From Planctomycetota bacterium (lineage in GTDB: Bacteria; Planctomycetota; Brocadiia; JAADGH01), in assembly GCA_040755855.1 (NCBI GenBank), contig JBFMAD010000008.1, positions 96,001 to 160,000 of the forward strand: a stretch of 64,000 bases of DNA. The letters are read 5' to 3'. Position numbers and translations under genes: made by a program. The notes below the pieces were generated by a model. It saw nothing but the letters and a program-made list of their open reading frames with translations, was not told where the DNA came from and ran no database searches. Of the stretch, positions 28,846 to 38,294 are shown piece by piece (within the stretch, counting starts at the first letter, position 1; each line of letters starts with the position of its first letter).

Positions 28846-28995
28846 GGGAGCGGCACTCCTCCCGTGTTCATGCCAGACATGCGCTGTGTCGCCTGGCGCC
28901 TCATCTCAGTCCTCGGTTTTAGCGCGACAAGCCCGAAATGCGTGACGATCCATAGGTTATAGAGGGTGTAAGCTTATCTTCGGTTCGGTTTCAGT

Positions 28996-29571
28996 CTATC
29001 TACTGTCTCCTCGTTGCTTCCGCCGGGTGTTGTAGAGGCGTTCGGTGAAGCCGCCTTGTTCGAGGAATTGCCTTTCGAGCTGCCGGAGGAGTTGGTCGAG
29101 GAGGTAGCTCGTCTGGTGGATGAGGCAGAGGAGGGTGTTGGCGGCGACCTCCAGGGAACCCGATTCAATATAGGTCGAATAGGTCTTATAGGACCTATTC
29201 TTGGCGTAGGCGAGCTTCCGCACTTCCAATGACTTGGGGTGGTTCTTTCCCCAGAGCGGCAGGCCGCGCTGCCGGAGGAGGTCCTCAAGGTCCAACTTCA
29301 GTTCCTCCTGGCTCGCGCGCGCCACGCCGATCAGTTTCAGTTCCGTTTTCTTGGACGTGCCCGATGCCATGCTCCCTTCGGCGATGTTCTGCTTTCCGCT
29401 GCGGGCGGCCTGCACCATCTGGTCATGCGTGCGCGAGCGGCGGTCCACGAAGCGGTTGCAGGACTTGATCGCCGCATCATAGACGCTCTCGGCATTCTGG
29501 TATGACTTCAGGTCCTGGTATCCGCCATGGGGGCCGATCAAGTTGGATTGTGAGTTCGCTTCACCGCTCAT
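28996..29571 (-). CDS. Four-helix-bundle protein with suffix domain (23S rRNA IVP / bAvd-like family)
   Basis: HGGY..L.SYQ, RTHDQMVQAARSGKQNIAEGS, ARAS.EEL, QGGFTERLY. Confidence 0.88.
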   Translation of the reverse strand: MSGEANSQSNLIGPHGGYQDLKSYQNAESVYDAAIKSCNRFVDRRSRTHDQMVQAARSGKQNIAEGSMASGTSKKTELKLIGVARASQEELKLDLEDLLRQRGLPLWGKNHPKSLEVRKLAYAKNRSYKTYSTYIESGSLEVAANTLLCLIHQTSYLLDQLLRQLERQFLEQGGFTERLYNTRRKQRGDSR

Positions 29572-32009
29572 GGCTTCCTCTCAAGCATCACCACCGCCAC
29601 ATCCTCCCCATCGAGGACGATCTTCGTCTCGGCCCAGACGTCGGGCATATCCCTCTTGCCGCCGAGGAGGGCGTCGAAGAACGATTTTCTATGTTCGGTC
29701 CAGTTGACCGCCTTTCCGTTGACCAGATCGCGGCAGGCCTTCGGCGCGGGACCGAGATATGTGATTGTCGCCTCCCGTCGCTCCGCGCTGTCGTTGAAGA
29801 CAGTGAGGTATTGATCGCCGAATCGCTCGACATAGACCTTCGGGTCGCTCGATCGGGTGAGCGTGATCGGCTGCCAACCGGCCTCGGCCGTCTTTTTGCA
29901 GAGCGGCACGTACTTCTTGAAGAGCGGCCGGTCGCGGTCGTAGAGTTCGGGACGTTTGAAGTACTGCCCCGTTGAGGCATCCGCGCTGAAGAAGCCGGGG
30001 AACATGCCGTAGGCCAGGGAGCGCTTCATATACTTTTCGACCAGCTCGTGAGAGAAGTCCTCGAACGCCGTGTTCTGGAGGAAGCAGTAAACCTTCGGCC
30101 CGCACATGGACCGGCGATAGAGCATATCGGCGTCGGACATGGGCCGCCAGGTCTTGTTGTGATTCCAGTTCGTCTCCGTGCCCAGCACGTCGAGCCAGGG
30201 CGCAAGCCAGCAGAGGCGGCTCGGGGCGCCGTTGGCCATCATCAGCTTGCCCATGGCGCGCACGTCTTTTTCGATGCCGCGAACATACTCGTAGGCGACC
30301 AGGCCACGAAAGATGGCCGGCTTGCGACTGTCCGGCGAGAAGGTCAGCGGCGTCTGCGCGGCGGCGAAGTGATCGCGGCGGAAGTCCAGTTCGTCCGTCA
30401 CATACCCCTCACTCGAATCAACATACTCTCCGTCGAGGTCGCCCTTGCGGTTCGGCCCGTAGAGCTTCTCTCGAAGCTCCGCGTTCCACTTGTTCTTGAA
30501 GTCCGTGATGTCGCCCTTGATTCCCGGCATGGAGTTCATGCTCCAGACGGCGCCGTTGCACCAGGGGGTGTCGAGGAGGCGGGCGGGGAATTGCCCCCGC
30601 TCATCGTGGTATCCGCTCGTCAAGAGCGCCTTGGCCCAGGCGTCGCCCTTCTCGGCCAGGCACTTCGCCTCGGCGAGGGCCGCGTCCATTGTGCGGGGCA
30701 TCTCCTTGGGCATCTTCATCCACCAGGTCATCGGCTCGGTGTAGCGGAAGGTGATGATGCCGTGCTGGTCGTCCCACTCGGTCTCGTTGTTGCCCTCCTT
30801 GATCTTGAAGCCGAAGTCCTCCCATCCCTTCACCTCGCTGATCTTGGCGAAGGGCATCCAAAGGCCCTGCTCCGGGATGCGGCATTTGAAGTGGTCGGGG
30901 AATACCTCGTAGTACTTCGCCAGCGCGCCGCGGAAGCCCCAGGCGGGGTCGAAGTGGTAGAGGCAGAAGCGCACCTTTGCGTTGCTCTTCTCGGGTGCGA
31001 AGCCGATGTCGTAGGCAATGAACAATTCATTCGTTGCTGCGTTGAACCCGATGCGATAGAAGGCCGCATGGCCCATGTCCAGCCCAATGGCGCGGCCCTC
31101 GTTGCCTCTTGTGATCGCGCCGAAGGGGTACTTGGACAATCGTCCGTTCGCCCCGGCGTTGAAGCGATTCGCGTTCATGTATTCGCCGGGCCGCTTGGCG
31201 GCGATAGTGGCGCGCGGATCGGCGAGCCATTGCCAACCGTCGCCCTCGACCGGGATGGCATACACCAATGTTACCGCCCGGTCCTTGCCGGTCGTGTCGC
31301 GCAACTCGGCGTCAACGAACGTGGCGTCGTCCTGCTTCATGGACTTGCTTGTGATTTCCAGGCCGAGCGCCTTGCCGTCTTCGAAGCGGGAAAAATCCGA
31401 ATTGGCCGCCACATCCCGCGCCTGAAATCCCTCCCCCAACTTCCCCTGGACAACCACGGGCACACCGTCGAACAGGGCCGATCCCGCCGGCGTCTCGATC
31501 TGGTAGAGCGCCGGATCGCGGAACCACGCCTTGCCGCTGTGGCGACGGAGAAGCATGTGGAACGAGAGGGACTTCACCGGCTTCTCAGGCAGAACGATCA
31601 CCTCCCGCCGCTCCCAGTCATGTGAGCCGACGGAAAAGGGCTTCACCTGTCCCCACAGCGGTTCGCCGTCGCTATACACGAGGTCGAGGTACAGCGAGTA
31701 GTCGTTGTTCGGGCCGCCGCCGACGTTCTCCGCCTTGCTCCAGGCCGAGGCGACGATGGGTTGCGGCCGCGTTTGGTTCAGCTCCACGGTCTGCGACGCG
31801 CCACGCTGGACCTCCGCATCCGCGCCGTTGTCGCAGAGGAAGACGGTTCCCTCCTTCGTGAAGCCCTTCTGCCAGGGCCCCCAGGCGTCGGGCTTCAGAA
31901 GGTTCAATCCCTCGGCTTCGGCGCGGAGGACCTTTTTCACGATGTCCGCCCGCGAAGTTGCCACGCAGAAGAAAAAGAGTGCGGCAACGACGGCAATCTG
32001 TCGAACCAT
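29568..32009 (-). CDS. Exported hypothetical protein, probable carbohydrate-active (CBM-like + barrel domain)
   Basis: 813 aa; signal peptide; jelly-roll-like N-terminus (GSHDWERRE, GKAWF); LDGEYVDS. Confidence 0.65.
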   Translation of the reverse strand: MVRQIAVVAALFFFCVATSRADIVKKVLRAEAEGLNLLKPDAWGPWQKGFTKEGTVFLCDNGADAEVQRGASQTVELNQTRPQPIVASAWSKAENVGGGPNNDYSLYLDLVYSDGEPLWGQVKPFSVGSHDWERREVIVLPEKPVKSLSFHMLLRRHSGKAWFRDPALYQIETPAGSALFDGVPVVVQGKLGEGFQARDVAANSDFSRFEDGKALGLEITSKSMKQDDATFVDAELRDTTGKDRAVTLVYAIPVEGDGWQWLADPRATIAAKRPGEYMNANRFNAGANGRLSKYPFGAITRGNEGRAIGLDMGHAAFYRIGFNAATNELFIAYDIGFAPEKSNAKVRFCLYHFDPAWGFRGALAKYYEVFPDHFKCRIPEQGLWMPFAKISEVKGWEDFGFKIKEGNNETEWDDQHGIITFRYTEPMTWWMKMPKEMPRTMDAALAEAKCLAEKGDAWAKALLTSGYHDERGQFPARLLDTPWCNGAVWSMNSMPGIKGDITDFKNKWNAELREKLYGPNRKGDLDGEYVDSSEGYVTDELDFRRDHFAAAQTPLTFSPDSRKPAIFRGLVAYEYVRGIEKDVRAMGKLMMANGAPSRLCWLAPWLDVLGTETNWNHNKTWRPMSDADMLYRRSMCGPKVYCFLQNTAFEDFSHELVEKYMKRSLAYGMFPGFFSADASTGQYFKRPELYDRDRPLFKKYVPLCKKTAEAGWQPITLTRSSDPKVYVERFGDQYLTVFNDSAERREATITYLGPAPKACRDLVNGKAVNWTEHRKSFFDALLGGKRDMPDVWAETKIVLDGEDVAVVMLERKP

Positions 32010-32019
32010 GACATCCTCC

Positions 32020-33951
32020 TCAATCTGAAATGGCCATCTGACTGTTCCACGGATCGAGAATCCTCAGCGATTTTTTTCCCAACGCACGGTAGCAGTCCGG
32101 CAGGTCAAACGACTCAAGCAGGCCGTGCGGCATGACGCTGAACGGCCAGCTTTGCACGGGAACCTGGGTCAGTTCGTAATACGATTGCAGGCAGTTCTTC
32201 AGCGTGACCTGCTTTACCACCGGGTGCAGGCACGCAGCCAACGCCGCGAAGATCGCGCCCAGACCTCGGCCCATGAGGTGCACCCTCCGATACCCTTCGC
32301 TCTGCATCAGGTCGAGCGTCGCCAGGAGGTCGTGGACGCGCCGACCCAAGTACGGCTCGCCAAGCATCGCCGCCTGGCTGGCGTAGAAATAGTCCGTGCC
32401 GTACGGCGCGAAGAACTCGGAGTTGGCGCACGTCAGGGCGGTGGTCTGCCCGATGCCGCGGACGTCCACGGCGAAGAGCAGTTCCTCATCTCCCGGCGCG
32501 TGCCCGTCAATCACGTCCTGCTGGCTCGAGATGTGCGGCACGTAGAGGAGCGCGTCCTTCCGCTTCGGGAAGTGGAAGTAGCCGGCGTCCTTGCTGAAGA
32601 CGTGCAGGATCGCCTGGATGCCCGGCTCCGTCTCGACGGCGAAACCCGAGTGCCGCGTGTAGGGCTTGGCGTCCGCGCCGCGTTGCCGAAGAACGCGATA
32701 GTGCGGCGGGCCGTCGCGGTCGGGGAGGGCAAGAAAGTCCGGCAGTATCTTTTTCAGCTTTGATGCAGAAACGGGCCTTCGCTCCTTCTCGACCTCCGCG
32801 GCCATGACTTTCGTCAAATCGAATACCCGCTTCACACCCATTTTGTGCACCTGCCCCTCGGGCGTGGCTTGGAGCTGCTCGTCGGGTTCGGCCACGATCG
32901 CGCACTCCTTCTTTTCCGCCCTCACTCCCGCGTGCCTGTTGAAGAAGGCATACATCGCCTCGCGGTTGTGCTCGCTATAGCCGTGGTCGGTGGGACCGAT
33001 GGATAGTTGGATGTTCTCGCCTGCGCCCATGATCTTGTAGAGGCGCTTCAGGTCCTCGTAGGTCTTGGTGAGACCGCGGCGGTCGAAATAGTCGTTGTTC
33101 TGTCCAAGCAGGAGCACGGGCCGCGGAATCTGCGCGATGAAAAAGTCGGCCATGTCGAGACCGAGCTTGATGATGTTCGGCGGAATCTGTTCCGCGTCGG
33201 CCGGGAGTTCGTTCTCCGCGTTACAGAGATACGTCGTCACGAAGCAGCCCGGCGCGGCCATGGTGAACCTGTCGTCGAAGGCGTTGAGGTAGGTCGTCAG
33301 CGTCCCGCCGCCGGAGTTGCCCGTCACGCCGACGCGCCTCGGGTCGGCCTCGGGCCGCGAGAGAAGATAGTCCAGCGCGCGGATGCCGTCCCACACCCGC
33401 CACTTGCCGAAGAACTCGCCGAGGAGTCCCATCTGGTTGCCCATCATGTTGTGCTCCTGGCAGCAGCCCTTCGGGTGCGCCGCCCCCTCCTCGACGGGAT
33501 ATTGCAGGCGCTCGCCCTGACTCAGCGGATCGTAGATGAGGACGAGATACTCCTTCGTCGCAAGGCCCTGGCAGAAGGCCTGGTACTTCGCCTCGGCCTT
33601 GCCGTTGCCCGAGTGCCCGCACGCCCCGAGGACGCAGGGGAACGGCCCCTTACCGCTTTTCGGTATGTAGAGGTTCGCTGTCACCGGCAGGCCGGGCCGG
33701 CTCTCGAAGATCACCTTCTCGACGCGATATGCCTCGCGGTCGAAGCTCCCCGTCACGCGAGCGTTGATAGGCGTCTTTTCGGGGAACGCGCCGAAGGACT
33801 CCGCCAGCCGCTTGCGCGCCTGCACCTTCAGCCGGATCACATCCGCCCTTGTGCGGACCTTCGCCAGCCGCCGATCCCGCGCCGCCATGGCCTTGCGGAT
33901 CCTCGCGACGTAGTACTCTTGCAGCATGTGGGGGTATAGATGTTCGATCAT
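32020..33951 (-). CDS. Alpha/beta hydrolase (acetyl xylan esterase-like, two-domain)
   Basis: VEKVIFESRPG..VTANLY.P, CGH, WDGIRALDYL, nucleophile GNSGGG. Confidence 0.85.
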   Translation of the reverse strand: MIEHLYPHMLQEYYVARIRKAMAARDRRLAKVRTRADVIRLKVQARKRLAESFGAFPEKTPINARVTGSFDREAYRVEKVIFESRPGLPVTANLYIPKSGKGPFPCVLGACGHSGNGKAEAKYQAFCQGLATKEYLVLIYDPLSQGERLQYPVEEGAAHPKGCCQEHNMMGNQMGLLGEFFGKWRVWDGIRALDYLLSRPEADPRRVGVTGNSGGGTLTTYLNAFDDRFTMAAPGCFVTTYLCNAENELPADAEQIPPNIIKLGLDMADFFIAQIPRPVLLLGQNNDYFDRRGLTKTYEDLKRLYKIMGAGENIQLSIGPTDHGYSEHNREAMYAFFNRHAGVRAEKKECAIVAEPDEQLQATPEGQVHKMGVKRVFDLTKVMAAEVEKERRPVSASKLKKILPDFLALPDRDGPPHYRVLRQRGADAKPYTRHSGFAVETEPGIQAILHVFSKDAGYFHFPKRKDALLYVPHISSQQDVIDGHAPGDEELLFAVDVRGIGQTTALTCANSEFFAPYGTDYFYASQAAMLGEPYLGRRVHDLLATLDLMQSEGYRRVHLMGRGLGAIFAALAACLHPVVKQVTLKNCLQSYYELTQVPVQSWPFSVMPHGLLESFDLPDCYRALGKKSLRILDPWNSQMAISD

Positions 33952-34090
33952 TGCACTTCTCCCGTACTCAATCTAACAATCCTCCCGGCGACGGGGATCA
34001 TAATTCGACTCGCTAAACTAACCATTCCCCATTCAAAATTCCAGCATCATTACCCCTTGTTTTCGTCCGCCACGAATGTCAAATTCAGCC

Positions 34091-34120
34091 TTGACAATAT
34101 ACAAAGATTGTATGTATGAT
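34091..34120 (+). promoter_or_regulatory. Promoter with palindromic operator for RHH-PIN TA operon
   Basis: TTGACA-N18-TATGAT with ATACAA-aga-TTGTAT (34099-34113) in the spacer. Confidence 0.65.
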
Positions 34121-34146
34121 ACCACGACATGTTAGGAGATAGGAAG

Positions 34147-34398
34147 ATGCGAACAAAGACAGTGAATGTGGCATTCCAGCCGAACCTCCTGTCGGACATT
34201 GACAAGGTGGCGCGCAGCGAGTCCCGCTCCCGATCGGAGCTGCTGCGGGAAGCCGCTCGGATGTATATCGAGCGCAAGAAACGATGGCGTCGGATATTTG
34301 CCTTTGGCAAGGCGGCAGCGGCGCGGCTGAAGCTGTCCGAGGCGGATGTGTCCGCGGAAATCCGGACCTACCGCAGAGATAAGGCAAGGGCAAAGTGA
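34147..34398 (+). CDS. Ribbon-helix-helix (CopG) antitoxin
   Basis: TVNVAF..LL..IDKVA..E.RSRSELLREA. Confidence 0.85.
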   Translation: MRTKTVNVAFQPNLLSDIDKVARSESRSRSELLREAARMYIERKKRWRRIFAFGKAAAARLKLSEADVSAEIRTYRRDKARAK

Positions 34399-34814
34399 CC
34401 CGGCCCCGAATCGTGCTGGACACAAACGTGCTCATCTCAGGCATCATCTTCGGCGGAGCGCCACGGCGCGTGCTTGAACAGGTCATTGCCGGAAAAGTTG
34501 ATTGCTTCTTGTCCACGCCGATCCTTGATGAGTTGAGGTCAGTCCTGCAGCGCCCCAAGTTCGGCTTTACGACGGAGCAGACCCTTCAGACGATAGAGGA
34601 ACTCGTCAGCCTGTGTTCCATCGTGACCCCTTCCATGCAGATCGGAGAGATCACATCCGATCCGGATGATAACCATGTCATCGAATGTGCTCTCCATGCC
34701 CACGCGACGATCATCGTTTCGGGAGACGCGCATCTTCTCGCGCTAAAGGAATTTGAAGGTATTCAAATCCTTAGTCCGCGGGATTTCCTCAGCAAGAGGA
34801 AGGTGAGGCCCTGA
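34395..34814 (+). CDS. PIN-domain toxin (TIGR00305-like)
   Basis: VLDTNVLISG, DPDDN.VIECA, IVSGD.HLL. Confidence 0.9.
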   Translation: MTRPRIVLDTNVLISGIIFGGAPRRVLEQVIAGKVDCFLSTPILDELRSVLQRPKFGFTTEQTLQTIEELVSLCSIVTPSMQIGEITSDPDDNHVIECALHAHATIIVSGDAHLLALKEFEGIQILSPRDFLSKRKVRP

Positions 34815-34855
34815 ACCATCGGGAAGGAGATCGCGCTCCTTTCCCCAAAGTCGTT

Positions 34856-35698
34856 TCACAGCTTGACGCCACATTCCTTCGCCACGCCGCGGATGTGCTT
34901 CACCGCGTCGGCGTAGGCCTCCGGGCCTTTCAGGTGCTCGACCATCAGCGGCACGTCCTGCGGCAGCCGGGCCAGGCCGGTGATGTAGGCCCGGTAGTCC
35001 AGCCGACCCGTGCCGGGAGGCGTCTCGTCAATGTGAACCAGGTGCTTCTCGGCCATGATAACGTCCTTCGCGTGGGCGCTCATGATCTTCGGGCCGAGCT
35101 TCTCGATGCACTCGCGGATCATGTCGCCCGTGTAGTAGTAGCGCCGCGGCGAGTTGATGAGGTTCGTCGGGTCCAGGTGCACGGCGAACGCCTTGCGGTC
35201 CACGGCCTTCATCAGATCGAGGTAGGCGTCCGGCGAGTCGGGCCACATCCACTGCATCATCTCGAGCGTGAACGTCGTGTTCGTCGGCTTCACCGCGTCA
35301 ATGATCTTGCGCGTGTTCTCGACGACGAGGTCGAACGCCTCCTTGCTCAGGTCGTTCGGATGCGGCCCGGCGGAGTGCTCCGCGCTGTAGGACCCGGCGT
35401 AGTCCACGCAGCATCGCGCCCCGATGCGGTCGGCGATGGACAGGCGGTCAATAATCAGTTGCAGGTTTTTCTTTCGTTCGGCCTCGACTGGGGTCATGGG
35501 GTTGCACCAGGCCCCGACCTCCGCGATGACGATATTCGCTTTTGCGAATGCCTCGCGGAAGGCCTTTATTGCGCCGTCGGACGGGTCCTGCATCACGGGC
35601 CGGGGGCAGTAGGCCGCGCCGTAGCCGAGGTCGGCATGGGCCTTGGCGAGTTCGACGGGGTCCTGGGTCTGGACGAAAACGGGCGCACCGAGTCTCAT
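34856..35698 (-). CDS. Sugar phosphate isomerase/epimerase (TIM barrel, AP endonuclease 2 family)
   Basis: LEMM, HLDPTN, HAKD, PGTGRLDY, VEH metal ligands. Confidence 0.88.
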   Translation of the reverse strand: MRLGAPVFVQTQDPVELAKAHADLGYGAAYCPRPVMQDPSDGAIKAFREAFAKANIVIAEVGAWCNPMTPVEAERKKNLQLIIDRLSIADRIGARCCVDYAGSYSAEHSAGPHPNDLSKEAFDLVVENTRKIIDAVKPTNTTFTLEMMQWMWPDSPDAYLDLMKAVDRKAFAVHLDPTNLINSPRRYYYTGDMIRECIEKLGPKIMSAHAKDVIMAEKHLVHIDETPPGTGRLDYRAYITGLARLPQDVPLMVEHLKGPEAYADAVKHIRGVAKECGVKL

Positions 35699-35718
35699 AT
35701 CCTTCTCCTTTCGATTTG

Positions 35719-36714
35719 CTACTGAACCTTGACGACCTTGCCCGTCGCGTCGGACCGGTAGGCGGCCTCGATGACCTTTTGCACGTCGAGGGCGCGGTCC
35801 ATGTCGCAGAGCGACGCTTCCTTCCGCCGCAGGGCGCGGACGCAGTGGGCGAACTGCGCCTCCAACGTGTTCACCTTCGAGTCATCCACGGCGATCTGCT
35901 CGACCAGCTTGTCGGCGCGGTAGAGGTTCATGGCGGCCGGCGTGATGTCGAGCGTTCCCTCCTGCCCGTGCAGGACGACGCGGAATTCGTTCGGCACCGT
36001 GGCGAAGCTGATGGTCAGCGCCCCCAGGCTCCCGTCCTTGTAGTGCAGGACGAGCGCCGCCTTGTCGTCGATGTCGTATCGCCCGTCCTTCGCGGCCCGG
36101 AGCCTGCCCGTGGAGGCGAAGACGCTGGCCGGCTTGTCGTGGTAGGCCATGACCGCGTCAACGATGTGGTAGCCGGAGTCAATGATCGCGATGCCGCCGG
36201 ACTCCGCCATCCGCCCGCGCCAGCGCATGGTGTTTGTGAAGACGTGGCCCCAGTAGTAATGGATGCACCCGCGCACGAAGTGGATTTTCCCCAGCTTGCC
36301 CTGATCCACGATCTTCTTGGCCTGGATGAAGGAAGGCGAGAACTTCCGCTGCGCGCCGACAAAGATGCGGCGGCGATACTTCTTCGCCGCGGCGACCATC
36401 TTCTTCGCGTCGGCGAGGTCCTTGGCAAAGGGCTTGTCCTTGTAGACGTGCACCCCTTTCTTGAGCGCGGCGATGACAGCGGGGGGATAGAGGTGATGCG
36501 GCAGGCAGACGACGACGAGGTCGAGGTCCTCCTTCTTCAGCAGGTCGCGCCAGTCCGAGTACTTCCGTATGCCAGGTTCGCCGATCATCTCGAGGGCGGC
36601 GGGGTTTACGTCGCACACGGCGCAGACGTTCACGCCTTTGTGCGCCTGCGCCGACTTCAAGTGTCCTCTGCCCATTCCGCCGACGCCGATTGCACCGACG
36701 CGCAGCTTTGCCAT
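35719..36714 (-). CDS. Gfo/Idh/MocA family oxidoreductase
   Basis: GVGGMG, HVYKDKP, SGGIAIIDSGYH. Confidence 0.9.
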   Translation of the reverse strand: MAKLRVGAIGVGGMGRGHLKSAQAHKGVNVCAVCDVNPAALEMIGEPGIRKYSDWRDLLKKEDLDLVVVCLPHHLYPPAVIAALKKGVHVYKDKPFAKDLADAKKMVAAAKKYRRRIFVGAQRKFSPSFIQAKKIVDQGKLGKIHFVRGCIHYYWGHVFTNTMRWRGRMAESGGIAIIDSGYHIVDAVMAYHDKPASVFASTGRLRAAKDGRYDIDDKAALVLHYKDGSLGALTISFATVPNEFRVVLHGQEGTLDITPAAMNLYRADKLVEQIAVDDSKVNTLEAQFAHCVRALRRKEASLCDMDRALDVQKVIEAAYRSDATGKVVKVQ

Positions 36715-36896
36715 CTGTCCGTTCCTTTCTGTGAACATGATATTGATAAGGCATCGTCCGAGGGTGCAATGCTACCACGCGCACGCGGTTGAATCAAGGT
36801 TGGTCAATCGTCCGTTTTTTCTTGACTCACCCTCCCCATTAAAATGATAATGATGTTGTGCTACATTTGCCTCAACAGATGGAGAGGGACCAAGCT

Positions 36897-37967
36897 ATGG
36901 CAAAGGCAGTGACGTTCCGGATGGCATTGGGGTATATGGCGCTTGTGTTCTCGTGCTCATTGGCGCAGGAGTGCATCGCCCAACAGCCCTGGGACTGGCA
37001 TCACAATCCCAATAATCCCGATAACGTGAAGTACAGATGCAAGAAGTGCCAGATGACTTTTACCCGCCGTGAGCTTGACGCCATACGGCAAAACAGACTT
37101 CCATTTGAGCCGGAGATTCCGGAAATGGTATGCCCCTATTGCTACAAGAAAGCCTACTACAAGAAGGACGCCGCGGCGGATACCGCCAAGGACGCCGCCA
37201 ACCGGCAGACCAAGAAGGTCCCAGACCCCAACGAAATCACGATAGTATTGAAGAACGACAATCGCTTTGCCGGTGTGCTGATTCGTGAGGACGACAAAAC
37301 GATCAAGATCAAGAGCACGGTTGACGGGGCAAGCATGGAGATGGAGTGGAATAAGAACCAGATCAAGGAGATCATCCGTCCTGAAAAACCCGCCCCCCAG
37401 ACCCAGGCGTCCAACCCCCTGCCCGAGATCATACTTCCCTGTCAGGTTCAGTTCGGAGGGATTGCCATAAAGGGCGGCGATGCGGTCGCGGAACTCCATC
37501 TCGACTGGAGCGGAACGACAGAAACAGTCAAACCCGATAAGGTTACTGTGGTCTTTCTGTTTCTCCCGGCGGCGGACAAGGCGTGCCTGGGGCCGGAAAT
37601 CCTGGCTGAGGAGAGGCCGTATTCCTCCGAGCCGGCGTCGGATAAACTGTGGCGAATGACGGCGGAGATCGCCCCGCGCAAGCCCGATGGCGCCGTGGGC
37701 GATGGCGGCATTTTGCTGTTTCTTACCAAGGCGGGTGCGGCCCTCGACCTGAGCCAGTCGGGGCAGTACTCGTTCCCCATCCCGATCCAGGAGGGAGGCA
37801 AGTGGGAGGGCAATCCGCGCCTAATGGGGAAGGGCGAGCTGGCCGCCGCTGTGTTTGTCGAGAACGATCCGAAAAACCAGAACCAGCCCCAGGCGCAGCT
37901 GCGCGGGAGTCGGATGTATAGACTGGTGAGCAACGTGGTCAGCCAGGCGGTCACTCTGCAACGATAG
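36897..37967 (+). CDS. Hypothetical exported multi-domain protein
   Basis: Signal peptide, CKKC..CPYC, small beta-barrel-like segment; RBS GGAG. Confidence 0.7.
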   Translation: MAKAVTFRMALGYMALVFSCSLAQECIAQQPWDWHHNPNNPDNVKYRCKKCQMTFTRRELDAIRQNRLPFEPEIPEMVCPYCYKKAYYKKDAAADTAKDAANRQTKKVPDPNEITIVLKNDNRFAGVLIREDDKTIKIKSTVDGASMEMEWNKNQIKEIIRPEKPAPQTQASNPLPEIILPCQVQFGGIAIKGGDAVAELHLDWSGTTETVKPDKVTVVFLFLPAADKACLGPEILAEERPYSSEPASDKLWRMTAEIAPRKPDGAVGDGGILLFLTKAGAALDLSQSGQYSFPIPIQEGGKWEGNPRLMGKGELAAAVFVENDPKNQNQPQAQLRGSRMYRLVSNVVSQAVTLQR

Positions 37968-37970
37968 AAA

Positions 37971-38273
37971 TCACCCGCCGCTCTTGGACATGACGGCGCC
38001 GATCTCGCCCAGTTGTCGGATGAACGCGGCCACGTCCTCTTGCACCTGCTCGGACGATATGTTGAACTCCTCGGCGATTTTCTCCGCCATGCCCCTGAGC
38101 GATGTCGCGCCATCAATCAAGGCCCACAGGCGGGCGCCGGTCTTGTTGAGGGGGTAGAGGTTGTCGAGCTCGTCCAAGTCGCCGGCGGGAATGAGGACCG
38201 TGACGCCCTCCACCGTGCGGGAGGTGAAGCGGTCGGTCTTGGCATAGCAGGCGTCGAGATCGGCCACGGGCAT
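37971..38273 (-). CDS. PqqD family (RiPP recognition element) protein
   Basis: 100 aa; RTVEG.TVLIP, LY.LNKTGARLWALIDG, DVAAFIRQL. Confidence 0.85.
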   Translation of the reverse strand: MPVADLDACYAKTDRFTSRTVEGVTVLIPAGDLDELDNLYPLNKTGARLWALIDGATSLRGMAEKIAEEFNISSEQVQEDVAAFIRQLGEIGAVMSKSGG

Positions 38274-38294
38274 TATCCTTTTGCGATGGCCTCG

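Noticed and set aside
28996..29571. Diversity-generating retroelement suggested by the Avd-like gene
   Set aside because: No reverse transcriptase and no TR/VR pair with adenine-specific mismatches seen
30048..31625. 525-aa plus-strand ORF
   Set aside because: Antisense shadow of the 813-aa gene; no motifs
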